Part shown: piece after piece, positions 57,589 to 64,000 of the stretch | Layout of the letters: each line of letters begins with the position of its first letter | How positions within the stretch are numbered: the stretch's first letter is position 1 | Assembly: GCA_965199955.1 (NCBI GenBank) | Contig: CBDATQ010000001.1 | Coordinates: 480,001-544,000 of the forward strand | Origin: Spirochaetia bacterium | Lineage (GTDB): Bacteria; Spirochaetota; Spirochaetia; SZUA-6; Bin103 | Direction: 5' to 3' | DNA: 64,000 nucleotides | The notes under the pieces: generated by a model | The model's input: only the letters and a program-made list of their open reading frames with translations | Database searches by the model: none | What the model was told of the DNA's origin: nothing | Position numbers and translations under genes: made by a program

Positions 57589-58418
57589 GGTCACTGCCGG
57601 AAGCCCCGGACGGTGACATGCCCAGCGGCGCGGACGTGCCCTTCGTCGACTTCGGGCGCTCGTATCTCATCGGCAACGGCAGCAGCACCGCGGATTCGCC
57701 TGCGCCGATCGAGCAGAACGACGTACGGCTGCAGGTGGAGTCGCTCGTACGGCTGTACGACGCTGACACCAGCCTGACCCGAACCATCTATCAGTGCGCG
57801 GCCTGCAAGGCGGAGAACACGTTCGACGCGACCGGGCCGGGGGACCTGTTCAAGCGCCCCAACTACGACTTCCTGCCGGTCGCGTGCGGTAGCGAGCTGC
57901 TGATCTTCCGTCGCGGGCTGTTGGCCGCAGACGGCGGATACCGGCGTTACTACCCGCACATGCCGGCCTTCGGCGACCTGCGCGAGCACATCGTGGCCGC
58001 GCGGGGTGTCGAGCGGCTGATCGACTTTCGGGCCGTCGCCGAGGCGTCCAGCGCCGGCACGCCCATCATCGGCAGAACCGTGCTCGCCGACAGCGGCGCG
58101 GGGCTGCGCGCGGAGCTGGAGTACCCGATCAAGACGATCAACATCCGCTACCGCCCGGACGTGTACCAGTTCGACACCGGCCCGATGCTGTTCCCGGATC
58201 TCGGCGTGCGGCGGGAAATCTGGGCGGACTACCTGTCGCTGGCGTTCCTGGCGTACGAGACCCGTACGGAGGGCTACGTGGACTTCGTGATCGAAAGCGC
58301 GCTGCCGGTCGGTCCCGAACCCGGCGCGCCGCGGGTCATGCACTACGACCGGCACGAGCACCGGCCCGCGACCAACACGGTCTGGCAGGTGACGGGCTCC
58401 GGATCCGGGGCGCGCTGA
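57585..58418 (+). CDS. Hypothetical protein with a CxxC motif (not a PIN toxin)
   Basis: Coding-like ORF; VDFGRSY, YQCAACKAENTF, NYDFLP; alternative start at 57618. Confidence 0.65.
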   Translation: MRSLPEAPDGDMPSGADVPFVDFGRSYLIGNGSSTADSPAPIEQNDVRLQVESLVRLYDADTSLTRTIYQCAACKAENTFDATGPGDLFKRPNYDFLPVACGSELLIFRRGLLAADGGYRRYYPHMPAFGDLREHIVAARGVERLIDFRAVAEASSAGTPIIGRTVLADSGAGLRAELEYPIKTINIRYRPDVYQFDTGPMLFPDLGVRREIWADYLSLAFLAYETRTEGYVDFVIESALPVGPEPGAPRVMHYDRHEHRPATNTVWQVTGSGSGAR

Positions 58419-58441
58419 AGCCGCCGGCGACGGACCGTGCG

Positions 58442-59215
58442 CTACGGCCGACAGTCCACGTAGCGCACGCCCCGGGGACCCTCTTCGCCGCGTACCAGAT
58501 ACACCGGAATCGGATGCGTCTCCACGTCGACCCAGGCGCTGTCGGTGCTGCAGAAGCGGATCGTGTAGCCGGCCCGGCGGCGGGACGTGCGGTTGACGCC
58601 GCTGCCGTGCAGCAGGAACGAGTCGTGAATGGACAGCGCGCCGGCCGGCATCGCCAGGGTGACGGCCGAGCGTTCCATCGCCTCGGTGACGACCACCTTC
58701 CTGGAGAGCATGTCGTCTCGGCCCGACGCCACGGTCGCGAACTCCCGGTAGCCGGAATGCGAGCCGGGGATCACCTGCATGGCGGAGTTGGCCGCATCCG
58801 CGTCGTCGATGGCCAGCCAGACCGTCGCCACGTCCGTGCCGTGCACGCTCGGCCAGTAGGTGTTGTCCTGGTGCCACGAGACCCGTTCCTGCCCGTGAGG
58901 CGGCTTGATGAACACGCTGGAGTACACCAGGATCAGATTCGGGCCGAGCACGGCCTGCACGGCGTCGAGCAGCGGCGGATAGCGGCAGACGTCCAGCCAG
59001 CGGTCGTCGCGGCTGTGCGGCTCGCCGATAGAGCCTTGCCGGTCGAGCGTGCCCGCCTCGGTCGCCTCGTTGAGCAGGCGGCGATTGCCCGCCACCCCGG
59101 CATCGTCGAAGACCCGCGGAAAGACGCAGTACCCTTCGCGCGCGAACAGCCCCGGGTCCCGGTTCAGCACGCCGCCGGCCTCGATGCCCTTCGCCTGCAC
59201 CCGTGCCACGAGCAA
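58442..59215 (-). CDS. PhyH-family Fe(II)/2OG dioxygenase
   Basis: FIKPP, WHQDNTYW, VWLAIDD, IPGSH, LLHGS..N.S.RR; the start may be GTG 59170. Confidence 0.9.
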   Translation of the reverse strand: MLVARVQAKGIEAGGVLNRDPGLFAREGYCVFPRVFDDAGVAGNRRLLNEATEAGTLDRQGSIGEPHSRDDRWLDVCRYPPLLDAVQAVLGPNLILVYSSVFIKPPHGQERVSWHQDNTYWPSVHGTDVATVWLAIDDADAANSAMQVIPGSHSGYREFATVASGRDDMLSRKVVVTEAMERSAVTLAMPAGALSIHDSFLLHGSGVNRTSRRRAGYTIRFCSTDSAWVDVETHPIPVYLVRGEEGPRGVRYVDCRP

Positions 59216-59305
59216 CCGGTCGTCATTGCCGTAGAGGCTCCTGGTGCCCCCAGTGGTGGTGAAGGTGACCTTGTACCGGTAACCGTGCGTGGCGTGCAGG
59301 TTGCC

Positions 59306-60892
59306 TCAATCGGCGGGGAGCTCATGCTCGGTCGCAGGCACGACGAAGACCTCGACCTCCTCGACGACGATGCTGTCGGTCGCCTCGGGGTCACTCGCGG
59401 TGAGCGCGAGTCCGAGCCGGTTCTCACCGCGCACGCACCGGTCGGCGGTGAGCGGGAACCAGTACGTCACGCAGGGTCGGGTCTCGCGGGTCATCGAGCC
59501 GCGGGCGAACTCGTACTCCGTGTCGTCCGGACGGAGGTCGGTGCGGACCTCGTCGTCGCGGTGCTTGAGTCCGCGATCCGGGACCGGCTGCCCGTTCAGG
59601 GTGATCGCCAGGCTGTCCGCCAGCGTCTGGTGATAGGCGCGGAACAGGAGCTGTGCCACGGCGATGCCGTCGAAGTCCTCGTAGAGGCGGAAGGTGTACT
59701 CCGCAACGCCTGCCGGCCGCGCGATGACCGCGCGCTGCGCCTTGACCGCTCCGGTGGAGGTGCAGTCGTCGCCGAAGCCGCTGAAGCCGCCCCAGGTGGC
59801 GTCGAACACATAGTGCCTGCGCCCGCCGAGGGCGCAGGCGTCCGAGCGGACGTGGCGGGCGTCGTGCAGGGCCAGCGGATAGAACGGCGCGTGCGCGCCG
59901 CCGCCGCCGTGCATGATCTCGAAGTGGTTGTACAGCGACACGCCGTCGGCGCCCTGCGCGTACATGGTGTGCGCCAGCGCCCGCTGCTGGTCCTGGTCGG
60001 CCGGCTGCTGGGCGGAGCGGCGCCGGGCGATGATGCCCGTCCACGGCATGATCGACGGATAGAGCCGGCAGGCGGTGTCCGCGGTCACGGCCGCCCACTC
60101 GTCGTAGGGCAGGTTGTACTCGGCGTACATGCAGTCCGCCGGGCTGAGGTAGTCGACCAGCCCGTCCTGCGCCCAGGCCGGCGCGTCCAGGCCCAGGTCC
60201 GCGCACTCGTCGATGGTGGCGAACACGTGCGCGCCCAGGAACAGCCGCTCGGCCGTCCCTCGGCGCTCGCCGGCGGCATCGAGCATCGAGCGGATGGCGG
60301 CCACCAGCTCGGTCATTCGGTCCGCGCGGTCGCGGCCGGTGCCCGGCGGGAAGTAGCGATGGTCGCGGTAGCAGATCTCGATGCCGCCCACGTCGACGGT
60401 GTCCACCAGGCGCGTGATCGCGCTCAGCAGGAAGGCGCGCACCTCCTCGTGGGTGAAGTCGAGCGGGGTGGACTCCGCATAGAGCACGCCGGGCGGCGCC
60501 TCCTGGAGCTGCAGGTGCGGGTTTTCGACGATGAAGCCGGCGCCGGCGCCCACCCCCTGGGCGGTGGAGACGGCGCCGTGGTTGTCGTTCATGCGGATGC
60601 CGGCGCCGAAGCGGACGCCGCGCGTGCGGCACTGGTCTGCCAGGATGCCCAGTGGCTGTCGGCCGCTGTCGAGCAGGGGCAGGAACCGGCGGTGCTGCGG
60701 CCTGGCGTCGTAATCGAAGCCGTCGGTGCGCCAGTAGGTGGTCCAGCCCTGGGTGTAGGCCTCCTGGATGAACAGGTCGATGCCGGCGTCGGCCACGTCG
60801 TCGATCCACTCGCGGAGCGACTCCTCGGTGGCCGGGTCCGGCAGGTAACGGGTGGCGACGCTGGACGGATCGCTGATGTAGATGACCGACAT
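59306..60892 (-). CDS. GHL10/DUF187-like TIM-barrel protein, paralog 3
   Basis: MSVIYISDPS, YDARPQHRRF, IRMNDNH, GADGVSLYNHF; GGAGG RBS. Confidence 0.75.
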   Translation of the reverse strand: MSVIYISDPSSVATRYLPDPATEESLREWIDDVADAGIDLFIQEAYTQGWTTYWRTDGFDYDARPQHRRFLPLLDSGRQPLGILADQCRTRGVRFGAGIRMNDNHGAVSTAQGVGAGAGFIVENPHLQLQEAPPGVLYAESTPLDFTHEEVRAFLLSAITRLVDTVDVGGIEICYRDHRYFPPGTGRDRADRMTELVAAIRSMLDAAGERRGTAERLFLGAHVFATIDECADLGLDAPAWAQDGLVDYLSPADCMYAEYNLPYDEWAAVTADTACRLYPSIMPWTGIIARRRSAQQPADQDQQRALAHTMYAQGADGVSLYNHFEIMHGGGGAHAPFYPLALHDARHVRSDACALGGRRHYVFDATWGGFSGFGDDCTSTGAVKAQRAVIARPAGVAEYTFRLYEDFDGIAVAQLLFRAYHQTLADSLAITLNGQPVPDRGLKHRDDEVRTDLRPDDTEYEFARGSMTRETRPCVTYWFPLTADRCVRGENRLGLALTASDPEATDSIVVEEVEVFVVPATEHELPAD

Positions 60893-60967
60893 GACGCCTC
60901 CCACGGTAGACCTCTTGCGTGGCGGCAGCAATCGTAGGACGCTGCCGCTCTGCGAAGGAGGCGGCGG

Positions 60968-62257
60968 ATGGCCGAGTTGCGCGAGGTTTCGTTGGTCGAT
61001 CGGATCGAGGCCACCCCGGTGGTCGCCACCGGCCGCCGCTGGCTGTGCGGGAGGGAGGACCATCCCGCACACGTGGAGTCGTACTTCACGATGTACCCGG
61101 AGTGCCGGGACGACCCGGAGCGCGCCTCCTACGGCTCGGTCACCGACCCGGTGCCGCCGTTCTCCCGCGGCGGCGGCCTGATCCCGGTGCTGCTGAAGAT
61201 GGACGACGGGCGGCTGGCCTGCCTGACGCGCACCGGCGCGCCGCACATCGGCACCGGCAGCGAGGTCAGCATCTCCTTCTCCGAGGACCGCGGCGCATCC
61301 TGGTCCGACTATGCGCTCGTGGCGCGCGGCGAGCCCGACGATCAGCTCGACTATCGCGACCACTCCCTGGGGCAGGCCGCCGACGGCACGCTGGTGGTCG
61401 TCTACGGCCTCCTGTTCGGGGAGGTGGAGGCATCGCGGGAGGACGACCCCGACCCGCGCGCCCGCCGCGAGGAGCACCTGGAGGTGGTGCGTTCCACGGA
61501 CGGCGGCGCCACCTGGTCGGAGCCGACGCTGATCGACATGCCGGGACAGGGCATCTTCGTGCGCCCGCACGGGCAGATGGTGCGGCTGGCCGACGACACG
61601 CTGGTGTTCATGGCGCGCGGCCACCAGAGCGACGAGATCCACGAGGCGGACCCCGACGCCCACGAGCGGGTGAACTTCCTGTATCGGTCCACCGACGGCG
61701 GGCTCACCTGGGAAGAGCCGACCCAGATCAGGAGCGGCTGGAGCGAGACCGGCTTCCTGCCGCTGAGCGAAGACCGCTGGGTGGCCTACGTGCGCCACAA
61801 TCAGCGGCCGAACCGGCTCGCCTGGTCCGGCGACGGCGGCCGGACCTGGCCGCGCTGGGAGGAGGGCTGCCTGAGCACCGGCACGCCGCCCGAGCGCCTG
61901 GCCAACCTGCAGAGGACCGGCCACTGGCGGATGGTCAACGGCAAGCCGCAGAAGCCGTCGCCCGGCAGCGTCACGCGGCTGGCCAACGGCATCGTGCTGA
62001 TCACCTACGGCTATCGCGCCTATCCGTTTGGCGTGCGCGCCATCGTCAGCCGCGACGGCGGCGAGCACTTCGACCTGCAGACCGAGTACGTGATCTCCGA
62101 CCGCGCGTTCAGTTGGGACTGCGGCTACCCGAGCACGGTCTGCTACGACGACGGGCTGGTGGTCACCACCGCGTACTCGCTGATGGACCTCGACCATCCG
62201 GACTGGGGCACGTGCTGCCTCGCCTACCGCTATTCGCAGGATCTGTTCGCGGCGTAG
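60968..62257 (+). CDS. BNR/Asp-box sialidase-like beta-propeller, subfamily B
   Basis: SEDRGASW, STDGGATW, STDGGLTW, TYGYRAYPFG, DCGYPST; close paralog of 33898-35211. Confidence 0.8.
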   Translation: MAELREVSLVDRIEATPVVATGRRWLCGREDHPAHVESYFTMYPECRDDPERASYGSVTDPVPPFSRGGGLIPVLLKMDDGRLACLTRTGAPHIGTGSEVSISFSEDRGASWSDYALVARGEPDDQLDYRDHSLGQAADGTLVVVYGLLFGEVEASREDDPDPRARREEHLEVVRSTDGGATWSEPTLIDMPGQGIFVRPHGQMVRLADDTLVFMARGHQSDEIHEADPDAHERVNFLYRSTDGGLTWEEPTQIRSGWSETGFLPLSEDRWVAYVRHNQRPNRLAWSGDGGRTWPRWEEGCLSTGTPPERLANLQRTGHWRMVNGKPQKPSPGSVTRLANGIVLITYGYRAYPFGVRAIVSRDGGEHFDLQTEYVISDRAFSWDCGYPSTVCYDDGLVVTTAYSLMDLDHPDWGTCCLAYRYSQDLFAA

Positions 62258-62260
62258 GCG

Positions 62261-62506
62261 GTGATCGCCGGCCGGGCGGCCGACGAGAGCGGCGAGCCCA
62301 GGACCGCCGTGTTCGAGTACCGGGACGGGGCGCTGGAGCTCGGCCTGTATCTGCCGAGCGGCCGCGACACCGGCTATTCGGGCCTGTATGCGGTCAGCGG
62401 GAACGAAGTCCTGATCGCCTGTTACTCCGGGCACGAGTATCCCGATTCCGACAAGCGGGTCACCCACGGCCCCTGCGACATCTACCTGGCGTCGGTGTCT
62501 CTCTGA
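62261..62506 (+). pseudogene. C-terminal fragment of a subfamily C sialidase-like propeller
   Basis: AGR..RTAVF..LPSGRDTGYSG..YSGHE..DIYLA aligns only with the last blades of 44238/51636. Confidence 0.6.
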
Positions 62507-62517
62507 GCCGCGGCTGA

Positions 62518-63648
62518 CTACCCCTCTTCGAGGATCGCGCCCTCGATGCCGCGCAGGTCGTCCTCGAAGTGGTGCCAGTACGTGACCAGCACGCGCCCGT
62601 CGTCGAGCTCCACCGACCAGGGATAGCCGCAGTCCGGGCTGATCGCGTCGTCGCGGATGATGATCTCCGGCGCGGTGTCGAGGTTCTCGCCCTCGGGATC
62701 CAGGATGCGCGCCGAGCAGCCGCGCTGGCCCACCCAGCGCGTGCCGACGGTGAGGAAGATGCGTCCGTCGCGCAGCCCGAGCATGTGCCCGGGGCTGCCG
62801 TGGACCATCGTCGGCCGCCACGGCGACCAGGTGCGCCCGTCGTCATCGGAGTGGACGAGCACCAGCAGGCGGTCCTCGAAGCTGCGTTCGGTGACGTGCG
62901 GGCCGGTGAACCCCTGCCGGCGGACGATCTCCGGACCCAGGGCGTTCGCGTGGCACCGGTACAGCACCAGGATGCGGCCGGAGGGAGTGCGGTGGATGGT
63001 CGGCTCGCTGAAGTGGGCGACCGGGTCCTCGCAGATCCGGCCGCCGTACTCCCAGGTCTCGCCCATGTCACGGGAGATCCGCAGCATGCCGAAGTAGCGG
63101 AACTCGTGGCTGATGTCCGTGGCCTTGCTCGGCAGGAACAGGCGTCCGTCCGGCATCGCCAGCAGCCCGCTGCGGCTCACGCCGGTGTGCTCGGACGGAT
63201 GGCCGTTGATGGCGTCCGGGAGCGACGGGAAGCGGACCGGCTTGGTCCAGGTGTAGCCGTCGTCGGTGGACCGCACCCAGAACGGCATCCCGAAGCGCAC
63301 GGTCCAGTCCCGGCCGTGCGCGGGCGATCCTGCGGCCGGCACCAGCTCCGAGCACGAGGAGTGCAGGAAGATGCTGCCGTCCGGCAGCGTGTGGCAGCTC
63401 CGGTCCATCACCCCGCCCAGCGGATCGATGGTCACCAGGTACGCGTCGCTCCAGGTCCGCCCCTCGTCACTGGATCGGCACGCCTGCACGTTGAACAGCG
63501 GATGCTTGTGGTTGGGCAGGCTGACGTGGGGGGCGCGCTGGAAGGTCATCAGCAGGTCCCCGCCCGGAGTCCGGTTCACGCAGGGCGAGAGCGCGTAGAA
63601 GCCCTCTTCGCGGTAGATGGTCATCCGGTCGGTCACCTTCCAACTCAT
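62518..63648 (-). CDS. BNR/Asp-box sialidase-like beta-propeller, subfamily A
   Basis: SSDEGRTW, STDDGYTW, SRDMGETW, SDDDGRTW, DCGYP; close paralog of 31778-32860. Confidence 0.8.
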   Translation of the reverse strand: MSWKVTDRMTIYREEGFYALSPCVNRTPGGDLLMTFQRAPHVSLPNHKHPLFNVQACRSSDEGRTWSDAYLVTIDPLGGVMDRSCHTLPDGSIFLHSSCSELVPAAGSPAHGRDWTVRFGMPFWVRSTDDGYTWTKPVRFPSLPDAINGHPSEHTGVSRSGLLAMPDGRLFLPSKATDISHEFRYFGMLRISRDMGETWEYGGRICEDPVAHFSEPTIHRTPSGRILVLYRCHANALGPEIVRRQGFTGPHVTERSFEDRLLVLVHSDDDGRTWSPWRPTMVHGSPGHMLGLRDGRIFLTVGTRWVGQRGCSARILDPEGENLDTAPEIIIRDDAISPDCGYPWSVELDDGRVLVTYWHHFEDDLRGIEGAILEEG

Positions 63649-63774
63649 GACTACCCATCATACGAGACTACGGAAGCAGTCATGTACACCATGGTGCCGT
63701 GGGACGCGAACGAGAGTGGGTCATACTGCCGCCCATGCGCCGCGGGAACGCGCACGTGGTTGGAAAGAAGGTAT

Positions 63775-64000
63775 CTAACTCACCGAAACCGTGGCGAGCT
63801 TGATGTCACTGCGCTTGGGGACGCCGGGCTCGTAGGGCTCCCCGTCGTAGTAGCACATCACGACCGTACGATCGTCGAGCGCGAGCATGCCGGCGTAGGA
63901 CTGATCGCCGCCCCACCCGGTCGGCAGGTTGGCATGCCATGTCAGCGAGTAATCGGATGGATCGACCGTGAACAGCCCGGTTCGGCTGTCTCCCGGCTGG
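63775..64000 (-). CDS. 3' end of a further subfamily-C-like propeller (runs off the window)
   Basis: Hand translation: LPTGWGGDQSYAGMLALDDRTVVMCYYDG..SDIKLATVSVS*. Confidence 0.65.
   Translation of the reverse strand, partial: QPGDSRTGLFTVDPSDYSLTWHANLPTGWGGDQSYAGMLALDDRTVVMCYYDGEPYEPGVPKRSDIKLATVSVS

Noticed and set aside
59306..62821. 1171-aa ORF as a single protein
   Set aside because: Only 59306-60892 is a real gene, with an RBS and paralog alignment. The rest is antisense to 60968-62257 or off-frame.

Overview
This is a 64 kb window of high-GC bacterial chromosome. It most likely comes from a free-living or host-associated Spirochaetota lineage. That is an inference from the prfA-prmC-rel gene order and a Cys-less 'AFATGTGEE' binding-protein leader. 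Positions 1-22.6 kb are mostly housekeeping and accessory metabolism: PhyH-type Fe/2OG oxygenases, yceI, an LLM oxidoreductase, prfA-prmC-rel-ogt, clpS-clpA, an AAA/PD-(D/E)XK protein, an M48 peptidase, an ATP-dependent ligase, nrdR-cysE-cysK-YeiH, and RraA-like and deacylase genes. At 22.9-29.3 kb there is a visibly lower-GC sugar ABC island carrying an 884-aa uncharacterised putative glycan enzyme. Positions 30-64 kb hold a large paralog-rich cluster that is probably catabolic: three GHL10/DUF187-like TIM barrels, at least seven BNR/Asp-box sialidase-like propellers in three subfamilies, two complete Opp-type ABC importers, a Gfo/Idh/MocA dehydrogenase and a PhyH. This cluster is interrupted by an AAA_21+DUF4276 putative defence pair, a DrrAB exporter and an orphan antitoxin. 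The most notable hand-read signals are: (1) nrdR appears to start at ATT, sits behind tandem NrdR boxes, and is followed in frame, past its amber stop, by the Cys-rich C-terminal tail of a class II RNR (nrdJ remnant), placing cysE-cysK directly downstream; (2) an HxG-motif (halogenase-like) PhyH is paired with a paralog that lacks the first His; (3) the glycosidase-like paralogs lack the usual catalytic signatures. Five genes carry single frameshifts, three of them in G/C homopolymers, which are probably sequencing errors. No rRNA, tRNA, CRISPR array or transposase was seen.
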